Shown here in pieces: positions 24,755 to 31,789 of a DNA stretch of 32,000 nt (position 1 is its first letter; each line of letters starts with the position of its first letter). The notes beneath the pieces were generated by a model. The model saw nothing but the letters and a program-made list of their open reading frames with translations. It ran no database searches and had not been told where the DNA came from. This DNA is from Pyrobaculum aerophilum str. IM2 (GTDB taxonomy: Archaea > Thermoproteota > Thermoprotei > Thermoproteales > Thermoproteaceae): positions 780,001 to 812,000 of the forward strand of contig NC_003364.1 of the NCBI RefSeq assembly GCF_000007225.1. Reading direction: 5' to 3'. The position numbers and the translations under genes are program-made.

Positions 24755-26428
24755 ATGGAAGTTCCAAATAAATTTAGAATTGAAGACAGAGTGGCAAAGG
24801 TGGCGCTAGTGTTCAGCTACGTGTTGCTTCTATTAGGCGGCCTGTTTGGGTTTTTACAAGTGCTGAGCAGGACCCCGGGCATGCCAAAACTAGAGACTGC
24901 CCAGCTTTACTACGAGGGGCTGACTCTACACGGCGTAGCCCTCGCTATTTTATGGACTGCGTTTTTCATAGTGGCGCTTGCGGTTTTCGTCATTACGAGG
25001 GAGTTGAATATTAATATGAACGGGCCATTGCTGAGGGCTGGCTGTATATTGGCTGTTGTCGGGTCTTTAATGGGCGCCGTGGCGATACTAAGCGGACAAG
25101 CCACGGTGCTCTATACCTTTTACCCGCCGCTTCAAGCATCTCCTCTCTTCTTTATAGCATTGGCAATTATTTTAATTGGCACGTGGTTCATAGGGGCAGC
25201 CGTGCTAGAAGCCATTTGGAGGTGGAAGAAGCTAAACCCCGGTAAGGAAGTGCCCCTCGCCACATACGGCGTGTTTACTACTATAGCCATATGGCTGTTG
25301 GCCACTCCTCCGTTGGCATACGCTGTGTTGTTTAGATCTCTGCCCATGTCTCTCTTCAACGCCCCTGTTGACGTCTTAGAATGGCGCCTGTGGTTCTGGT
25401 TCTTCGGCCATCCGCTTGTTTACTTCTGGCTGGTGCCCGCCGTAACTATTTGGTACACCATACTGCCTAGGGTTTTGGGCACTGAGGTGTTCAGCAAAAC
25501 AGCGGCTAAGGCTGCCTTTATGTTGTATTTAATCGCATCCGTGCCCGTGGGCTTGCACCACCAGTTTGTAGATCCAGGAGTCCACCCGGTGTATAAATAC
25601 CTCCACACGGTATTAACTTACCTAGTGGCTGTGCCCTCTTTTATCACCGCCTTTAACGTCATAGCCACTTTAGAAAAGGCAGGCCGCATGAGGGGAGGCA
25701 AGGGGCTTTTCGGCTGGATAACGGCTTTACCCTGGGGCAAAGACCCGGTCTTCACCGGCATAACCTTCGCCATTATCCTCTTCGGCATCGCCGGCTTCTC
25801 CGGCGTTGTAAACGCCTCCTTTAACGTCAACTATAATGTCCACAACACCGCCTGGGTTGTCGGCCACTTCCACTTGACAGTAGGTGGCGGCGTCACTCTG
25901 ACTTTCATCGCCACGTCCTTCTTGCTAGTGCCGCTTCTTTTCGGCAGAGACTACGTGGCCAAGAAACTGCTAATCGCCGTGCCCACTCTGTGGTTTGTGG
26001 GCCAGTTAATATTCGGCATTGGCTACCACGTCGCTGGGCTGTTACACGCACCAAGGAGAACGTTTACAGCAGAGGCAGGATACTTAAACGATCCCAATTT
26101 GTTAAACACGCTCCACCTAGTGGGACAGTGGACTCCGTGGCTACAGCTGGGCGCCATTGGCGGGGTGATTTTCGCCCTCGGCGGCGCCTTATTCCTCTTG
26201 TTAACCTTTGTCTCTATTTTCAAAGGGCCTCCGTTTAGAATGGACGGCGCCGCTTTGCAGATCTCGCCGACGCCTGAGAAGGCTACTTTCTTTGACAGAC
26301 TGGGGTTGCTTGTGGGCATTGCGTTAGTGATCATAATAATCGCCTACTCTCTACCCGCCATTGAGATATACACGAGAGGTCTGTCCCCCGCGCCTCCCTA
26401 TTGGCCCACTGGCGCAGCCGCTGGATAA
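24755..26428 (+). CDS. cbaA: ba3-type (B-family) heme-copper oxidase subunit I
   Basis: FWFFGHPLVYFWLVPA, GLHHQFVDPG and VGHFHLTVGG. 557 aa, about 13 hydrophobic spans. TTTTTAAATT about 23 nt upstream of the ATG. Confidence 0.95.
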   Translation: MEVPNKFRIEDRVAKVALVFSYVLLLLGGLFGFLQVLSRTPGMPKLETAQLYYEGLTLHGVALAILWTAFFIVALAVFVITRELNINMNGPLLRAGCILAVVGSLMGAVAILSGQATVLYTFYPPLQASPLFFIALAIILIGTWFIGAAVLEAIWRWKKLNPGKEVPLATYGVFTTIAIWLLATPPLAYAVLFRSLPMSLFNAPVDVLEWRLWFWFFGHPLVYFWLVPAVTIWYTILPRVLGTEVFSKTAAKAAFMLYLIASVPVGLHHQFVDPGVHPVYKYLHTVLTYLVAVPSFITAFNVIATLEKAGRMRGGKGLFGWITALPWGKDPVFTGITFAIILFGIAGFSGVVNASFNVNYNVHNTAWVVGHFHLTVGGGVTLTFIATSFLLVPLLFGRDYVAKKLLIAVPTLWFVGQLIFGIGYHVAGLLHAPRRTFTAEAGYLNDPNLLNTLHLVGQWTPWLQLGAIGGVIFALGGALFLLLTFVSIFKGPPFRMDGAALQISPTPEKATFFDRLGLLVGIALVIIIIAYSLPAIEIYTRGLSPAPPYWPTGAAAG

Positions 26429-26459
26429 ATTTTTAAAGGAAATAGCTCTTTTTTTTCCA

Positions 26460-27083
26460 ATGCCCCGTAAGTATATTCTCCTTTTCCTCGCTATACTCAT
26501 CCCTTTTGTCGTTGCTGTTATAATGCAGTCGCAACTGGGCGCTACGGCTGAGGAACACTCCGGTCTTTTCGAGAGGGTGGTCCCCGTGTGTTATTTGCCC
26601 GGGAGGGAGCCTCCTGCGGCGGATTTTGAGCTTATTAACCAATACGGGGAGAGAGTGCGCCTTTCTGACTACTGGAGCCGCCCTGTGTTAATTACTTTTA
26701 CATATACCTACTGCCCAGACGTCTGTCCCCTGATGAACTTAGTGTTAAACAAGACGCTACCTCTTGTCCCAAATCTATTTGGCGCCGTGTTTGACGTCTC
26801 TCTCGACCCTGATAGAGACACCCCCGAGAGGTTGCTGGCCTATTCCCGCGGCAACCGGTACAACTGGACGTTTCTCACAGGCGACTACGCGACTTTAGAA
26901 AAGGTGTGGAGGGCCTACGGCGTGACTCGCTATGTTGAGAATAGAAACGGCGTGCCTTATATTGCCCACGACGTGTTGTATATAGTTGTTCAAAACGGGA
27001 AAATCCTAGGCCTGGTGAGGGGGCTACCCGCCCCCGAAACTCTAGCCGATTACCTCAAGAAAATAGTCTCTAGGCAGTGTTAA
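26460..27083 (+). CDS. SCO1/SenC copper chaperone / thiol-disulfide oxidoreductase
   Basis: N-terminal TM anchor and a thioredoxin-like fold with YTYCPDVCP (CxxxC) and the distal His in YIAHDVLYIVV. I prefer the ATG at 26460 (AAATTTTTAAAGG centred about 26 nt upstream). The ORF-track start at 26361 lies inside cbaA. Confidence 0.85.
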   Translation: MPRKYILLFLAILIPFVVAVIMQSQLGATAEEHSGLFERVVPVCYLPGREPPAADFELINQYGERVRLSDYWSRPVLITFTYTYCPDVCPLMNLVLNKTLPLVPNLFGAVFDVSLDPDRDTPERLLAYSRGNRYNWTFLTGDYATLEKVWRAYGVTRYVENRNGVPYIAHDVLYIVVQNGKILGLVRGLPAPETLADYLKKIVSRQC

Positions 27084-27448
27084 TGGAGGCCTTAATTCTA
27101 TCTCACATCTCGCGCTGTCCGGGGCCCTACCTTCGGCAGTTGCAAAAAGAGCTAGCCGCGCCGCTGGGCACTTTGGACTACTATTTAACTAAGCTTTTGA
27201 GAAGGGGGGAGATATACAAGCTGGGGAGCAGGCCGCGCTACTTCCCCTCACAGCTAGACGAGCTACAAGCTTGGGCGATATACCTCCTTAGAGAAGGCCC
27301 GCGGGCCTTGGAGGAGGCTGGGCGTTTAAAATGCGGCAAGAGGCTGTGCCCAGAGGTTAGAGATTTGCTTTTACGCTCTGTGGAGAGCTATGAGTGCTTG
27401 AGGCGGGATTTAGTGGACAACTTCATCATCCTCATGTCAATGCTCTAG
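27083..27448 (+). CDS. Winged-helix (ArsR/TrmB-like) DNA-binding protein with a Cys-containing C-terminal region
   Basis: N-terminal wHTH-like YLRQLQKELAAPLGTLDYYLTKLLRRGEIYKLGSRPRYF. C-terminal CGKRLCPEV...YEC, plus SRCPG near the N-terminus. The ATG at 27083 overlaps the SCO1 stop (TAATG); an alternative GTG is at 27077. Confidence 0.55.
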   Translation: MEALILSHISRCPGPYLRQLQKELAAPLGTLDYYLTKLLRRGEIYKLGSRPRYFPSQLDELQAWAIYLLREGPRALEEAGRLKCGKRLCPEVRDLLLRSVESYECLRRDLVDNFIILMSML

Positions 27449-27481
27449 ATCAGCAATGCGATATATATCAACGGGGCTGTA

Positions 27482-27497
27482 CTATAAATTATAAAAG
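27482..27497 (+). promoter_or_regulatory. TATA-like box for the nos-like operon
   Basis: CTATAAATTATAAAAG centred about 29 nt upstream of the ATG at 27518. Confidence 0.4.
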
Positions 27498-27517
27498 AAA
27501 AGGGAATTAAAAGGGCC

Positions 27518-28201
27518 ATGAGGCTGGGCAGTGTATTGGCCGCGGCGATTGTGGCGATAATTGTCGGCGTTGCGGCTTATATGGCCGGCCTCAGCGGGGC
27601 TCAAACAAAGACTGTAACTGTGGAAAAGACGCAGGTAGTTACCTCTACTGTGACCCAGGCCGCGAGGAGGAGCGCGTTAGAGGAGATGATATTAAACGGC
27701 ACTTTCGCCCGTAGGTGTGTTCTCTGCGGCATGGACGCGGCAGAGGCCGTGCATATGGGCGTTTCCGCCGTAGTTGAGTTCTCCACTGGCGTACACGCCA
27801 GGACTGACGACATTGGCTGTATATTTAGAATGGCTATCCTCCCGGCGGAGAAGTGGCCTTTTATAAAGAAGCTTATTGGAAGCAATGTGACGACCGCAGA
27901 GGAGGTCAGGAAGTATTTAGGCGATGTGAAAGAGGTCCTCGTCCCGGACTACGGAGCCCACGTGAGGGGGACTGAATCTTATATAGACGCCAAAAAGGCC
28001 TTTTACGTGATTTTACAAGACAGGAAGACTCCCATGGGCGACTGCGTCTTTGCCTTTTCCAGCAGAGAGGAGGCGGCTAAGTACAACTCCACGGTGTATA
28101 CTTACGACCAAATGCTCCAGCTGTATAAAGAGGTTATGCAGAAGACTGGAATGCCGAGGCCTATGTGGTGCCGCGGGGCAGGCCACATGCACGGCGGATA
28201 G
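27518..28201 (+). CDS. nosL: NosL-family copper chaperone-like protein, membrane-anchored (paralog 1)
   Basis: N-terminal TM helix. C-x-x-C-x-M (RRCVLCGMD), TDDIGCIF, VPDYGAH, KTPMGDCVFAFSSREEAAKY, as in the NosL family (PF05573, from memory). The C-terminal tail MPRPMWCRGAGHMHGG is rich in Met, His and Cys. Confidence 0.65.
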   Translation: MRLGSVLAAAIVAIIVGVAAYMAGLSGAQTKTVTVEKTQVVTSTVTQAARRSALEEMILNGTFARRCVLCGMDAAEAVHMGVSAVVEFSTGVHARTDDIGCIFRMAILPAEKWPFIKKLIGSNVTTAEEVRKYLGDVKEVLVPDYGAHVRGTESYIDAKKAFYVILQDRKTPMGDCVFAFSSREEAAKYNSTVYTYDQMLQLYKEVMQKTGMPRPMWCRGAGHMHGG

Positions 28202-28203
28202 CC

Positions 28204-28818
28204 GTGTTGAAAGTCTCCAGGCGTCTATTTTTCTACCTCCTCGCCGCGGGCGGGATAGGGACTGTCCTCTTTTTTGCCACGCCGCTTTTACAAAGGGAGA
28301 GGGGAGGGGAGATTTACTGCCCCGAGGAGCCGCCGCTTGTATACGGCCGGGAGGAGTGCCCTGTGTGTTTAATGGTAGTGGACTACCCGCCATCATCGGC
28401 CGCGATGAGGGCTAGGATTAGAGGCGTTGAGAGGTGGTATTTCTTTGACGACGTTGGGTGTCTGGCGACGTGGCATAAAGAGGTTTTGAGACAGGGCGGC
28501 GAGGTGTTGGAAATCTGCGTAAGAGACCGCCTCGACGGTAAGTGGATTCGCGGGGATAAGGCGGTTTATTTAATAACCACAGAGTTTACCGCCATGGGCA
28601 CTGGAATAATACCCGCGGCTCCTGGGAATGTAGAGCGGTATAAAAAAGGCGAAGTGGTTGGGCCGTGGCGGGTGAGGAGCGTGGGCGGAGTGGAGGAGTA
28701 CAGCCCTCCCAAGCCCGCCGGGGAGGTGAGGGCTGTGGTTGATTATAAATGTGTATTTGAGAGGTTTTCCTATGGGCCTGCGTGGTCTACTCCTCCTGAT
28801 TGGTATCGCGGCTGTTAG
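28204..28818 (+). CDS. nosL: NosL-family protein with TAT-like signal (paralog 2)
   Basis: A GTG start at 28204 gives MLKVSRRLFFYLLAAGGIGTVLFFATP (S-R-R-x-F-F, twin-arginine-like). Then EECPVCLMVV (C-x-x-C-x-M), FFDDVGCLATW and TAMGTGII. The ORF-track start at 28165 overlaps paralog 1. Confidence 0.65.
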   Translation: MLKVSRRLFFYLLAAGGIGTVLFFATPLLQRERGGEIYCPEEPPLVYGREECPVCLMVVDYPPSSAAMRARIRGVERWYFFDDVGCLATWHKEVLRQGGEVLEICVRDRLDGKWIRGDKAVYLITTEFTAMGTGIIPAAPGNVERYKKGEVVGPWRVRSVGGVEEYSPPKPAGEVRAVVDYKCVFERFSYGPAWSTPPDWYRGC

Positions 28819-29926
28819 CCAGGCGGCCGCGGTGGTTATTGACAAGCCCGGGGTCTATTACGGCATTTCCGCCGAGCGTTTAATAATTAACGCCAGCAAT
28901 GTGGCGGTTTTCAACACAACTGTGAAGGGGGGGTATGTGGAGGCGGCGTTGCCGCAGGGAATGACTGCGTACAGAATAAAGCCGGCCATGGGCTGTGTGG
29001 TAGTGACTGGGAGGAATATAACTCTGGCCGGGGTACGCGTTAATTGTAGCTCGGGGATTTTAGTATTTAACTCCAGCCGGGTGAGGATAGAGGCCGTGAC
29101 GGCGCAGGGATTGGCGGATCTGCCGGTGTACAGGCGGGGGCTGGGCATTTACATATACAACTCCAGTGATGTGCTTATCTCCAAGGCGGATTTGGCCTAT
29201 TTCCATGACTGTATATACGCTGAATATACGCAATCACTAGACATAAGCGGAGCGTCTGCCCGTTATTGTAGATATGGAGCACACGTCATGTTCAGCAAGG
29301 GAGTTCGCCTTAGGGAGTCTAGCTTTAGCGATAATTACGTGGGAGTCGCGTTAATGTACAGCGACGACGTCGTTGTGAGCGACGTGAAGTCTTCTGGCAA
29401 TAGGGAATGGTCTGAGGGGTACGGCTTTTTGCTGGCGGAATTAAGAGGCGTGGTTAAAAACTGCAAGGCTGTGGACAACGTCCACGGCTTTTACGTAATG
29501 TACTGGGGCAACACCGCGTTGAAAATAACTAACTGCACCGTGGAGGGGAATTATTTCGGCGTGACTCTCAGGGGGCGTAACGCCACAGGCGTCGAGTTTA
29601 TTGGAAACGCCTTCAGGGGCAACGTGGTACAAGTCATGCATATAGGGCTCGGCGAGTTGTCCACTGCAGCGCGGTTCGTGGGCAACGTCTGGGGCGGGCA
29701 CGTGACGGCGCGCCCCTATCAGTACATCAGCGTCTTCTCAGACTTAATGTCAGCCAGCGAGGGGGCCTTGGCGTTTTTAGCGGCATCGCCGAGCAGATTC
29801 GCCATAGACTCGGCCATGGGCCGGGTTATTATAGTCGACGAGGCCCCCCGCCCCGACCAGCTCCAAACTCCTGCGTTATTGCTACTCGCCCTTCTCCCCC
29901 TTGTGTTAATATGGAAATCAAAGTGA
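28772..29926 (+). CDS. nosD: NosD-like periplasmic beta-helix (copper-binding) protein with C-terminal TM anchor
   Basis: Signal peptide MGLRGLLLLIGIAAVSQAAA. Parallel beta-helix repeats with NosD-type blocks CRYGAHVMFSKG, NYVGVALMYSDD, GYGFLLAEL, NVHGFYVMY, NYFGVTLRG, GNAFRGNVVQV. Terminal hydrophobic helix ALLLLALLPLVLIW. Confidence 0.8.
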   Translation: MGLRGLLLLIGIAAVSQAAAVVIDKPGVYYGISAERLIINASNVAVFNTTVKGGYVEAALPQGMTAYRIKPAMGCVVVTGRNITLAGVRVNCSSGILVFNSSRVRIEAVTAQGLADLPVYRRGLGIYIYNSSDVLISKADLAYFHDCIYAEYTQSLDISGASARYCRYGAHVMFSKGVRLRESSFSDNYVGVALMYSDDVVVSDVKSSGNREWSEGYGFLLAELRGVVKNCKAVDNVHGFYVMYWGNTALKITNCTVEGNYFGVTLRGRNATGVEFIGNAFRGNVVQVMHIGLGELSTAARFVGNVWGGHVTARPYQYISVFSDLMSASEGALAFLAASPSRFAIDSAMGRVIIVDEAPRPDQLQTPALLLLALLPLVLIWKSK

Positions 29927-30570
29927 GTCTATATAAAAAATTCAGGGGGTTTCAACTCGCTGTGAACGCCAGCTTCAGCCTGCCGGCTTTGTTCTTAGGG
30001 CCTAACGGAAGCGGCAAGTCCACGGCGTTGAAATGCATAGCAGGCCTGTACACGTGCGGGGGGAAAGTGGAGCTAGACGGCAAGGCGGCTGGCGGCGACA
30101 GTTTTCTATACGTCCCCCCAGCCCCTAGAATACCGCCAACTCTTACAGTGGAGGAATATCTTGCCCACGTCTCAGAGATTTTCGGCGTAGACGTCAAGCC
30201 AGCGCTCGGCGTTGATAAGTTTTTAAAAAAGAGAGGTTCTGAGCTCTCCTCCGGAATGGCGGCTAGGGCGGTGCTAGCCGCGGCTCTCTCCACAGACAGA
30301 ATTTTGCTATTAGACGAGCCCCTGTCGTATTTAGAATCCGACGTCAGAATTGAGTTAGTTAAAGCATTGAAAGGCCGGGCTTTTATAGCCGCGACTCACG
30401 ACCCGGGGCCCTTCTTGCCGCTGAGGCCTTCCGTAGTGGCCATATCTGAGGGGAAGTCCGTGAGGGTTGGAAGCTGGGAGGAAGTGGCCGGTTGGTTAAT
30501 TAGAGACTGCGGCGGTGATTTCTGCGTGGAGAAGGTAAAAGCGCCGAGCTTGGCTGGATATGGCCTATAG
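29911..30570 (+). CDS. nosF: NosF-like ABC transporter ATPase
   Basis: Walker A GPNGSGKST, signature LSSGMAARAVLAAAL, Walker B RILLLDEPLSYLE, H-loop ATHD. 16-nt overlap with nosD. Confidence 0.8.
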   Translation: MEIKVSLYKKFRGFQLAVNASFSLPALFLGPNGSGKSTALKCIAGLYTCGGKVELDGKAAGGDSFLYVPPAPRIPPTLTVEEYLAHVSEIFGVDVKPALGVDKFLKKRGSELSSGMAARAVLAAALSTDRILLLDEPLSYLESDVRIELVKALKGRAFIAATHDPGPFLPLRPSVVAISEGKSVRVGSWEEVAGWLIRDCGGDFCVEKVKAPSLAGYGL

Positions 30571-31306
30571 GCTCAAACGCCTTACTTTTAAACGCGATGT
30601 GTACAGCAAGCCTATTGCCTCTCTAATTGCAACGGGGTGGGCCGTCTCGGTATCCCTCGCCTCTCTGGGCTCCTCTTTCGCCGCAGTTATCAGTTCCATA
30701 AATATGCTGGCCCTCGTGGCCTCCCTCATTGCAATGGTATTATCGGCTCACGCCGTCGCGGGGGACAGAGACGGCTTGCTCGAGGCCTATTTATCCGCCT
30801 GGGGGAGGCTTAAATATATAACGGGGCGAATTGCCGCAAATTCCGCAGTATCTGCGCTGTTAGTAGCAATAATATCAACGCCGTATTTAGCGCTGAGGTG
30901 GGAGTGGGCCCCGCCTCTTGGGGCGCTCCTCGCCTCACTGCCCTCTTCTCTCATCGGAACCGCCGTGGGCATCTCCTCAAAAGAGAGGGCCCCCCTCGTC
31001 GCCATTGTTGTGTGGTCCGCGGTCACTTTAATATACGACGTAGTGGTGGCGTTTTTATCGCTAATCCTCCCCCTAGGCGACGAGGCAATACTAGCCCTGC
31101 AAGTTGCCAATTTCTTCAAAGTGGCCACTCTCTTAGCCACTTCTCTAGTAGACCCCTATTTATTAACGCTAGGCCCCCTGGGAGAATTCGTCGTATCGCA
31201 CTGGGGCGTCCAGTGGGCGTACTCAGCGCTCTCCTCAATATACGCCTCGTGGACAATTGCTTTAATTCTCCTCGTCGTAGATCTGGGCAGAAAGGCCGAC
31301 TTATGA
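30560..31306 (+). CDS. nosY: NosY-like ABC-2-type permease
   Basis: 248 aa with about 6 hydrophobic spans. 11-nt overlap with nosF. Assignment rests on position and topology, not on a sequence motif. Confidence 0.6.
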   Translation: MAYRLKRLTFKRDVYSKPIASLIATGWAVSVSLASLGSSFAAVISSINMLALVASLIAMVLSAHAVAGDRDGLLEAYLSAWGRLKYITGRIAANSAVSALLVAIISTPYLALRWEWAPPLGALLASLPSSLIGTAVGISSKERAPLVAIVVWSAVTLIYDVVVAFLSLILPLGDEAILALQVANFFKVATLLATSLVDPYLLTLGPLGEFVVSHWGVQWAYSALSSIYASWTIALILLVVDLGRKADL

Positions 31307-31650
31307 GATCGCTGATATTTTTACTGCTCCCAATCGCGGTGCTTGTATTGTCCTTTGGCCACAGCCACGGCGGGCTTTCCCCCGGCCACATGTTGCTCCA
31401 CGCCCTTACTGTAATAATTGCGTCAGTGTTGCTATACTTCGCCGCGGCGGCTTATTACAGAGTAAAAACGCCGCGGTTTAAGTGGCTATTCTCAGGCTTT
31501 CTCCTACTACTAGCCAGAGAGCTCGTCCTCTCAATCTCCATGTATACATACACAGACATATATGTGCCGTATACTGACATCCCCCTCGACCACATGTTAG
31601 GCCTGGCGGCGCTTATCACCCTCGCTTATGCTATTTTTAAACAATTCTAG
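31303..31650 (+). CDS. Small membrane protein with an N-terminal His cluster, coupled to nosY
   Basis: MRSLIFLLLPIAVLVLSFGHSHGGLSPGHMLLHAL... (115 aa, 3-4 hydrophobic spans). ATGA overlap with the nosY stop. The 250-aa ORF-track entry 30898..31650 is this gene plus an out-of-frame read-through of nosY. Confidence 0.55.
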   Translation: MRSLIFLLLPIAVLVLSFGHSHGGLSPGHMLLHALTVIIASVLLYFAAAAYYRVKTPRFKWLFSGFLLLLARELVLSISMYTYTDIYVPYTDIPLDHMLGLAALITLAYAIFKQF

Positions 31651-31789
31651 AACGCCACGCCGGTAAGCGCTTATATCGGTTTGCGCAAAATCCCCCTTAG
31701 GGCTTCAGCTCTTCCCATCTTCGCCACGCGTCGGCCTGCAGCCGCTTCACATCACTAAAGGTTTTAAACTGCCAAGTTTTTCTACTTTT

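Noticed and set aside
30898-31302. N-terminal 135 residues of the 250-aa ORF-track entry 30898..31650.
   Set aside because: This is an Arg/Pro/Ser-rich out-of-frame read-through of nosY. The real gene begins at the ATG at 31303, which overlaps the nosY stop.
31705-31755. Second C/D-like pattern on the minus strand in the intergenic region after the nos-like operon (GTGATGT ... CTGA, 51 nt).
   Set aside because: The C box is imperfect (final A replaced by T). No D'/C' pair occurs at the required 12-nt guide spacing.
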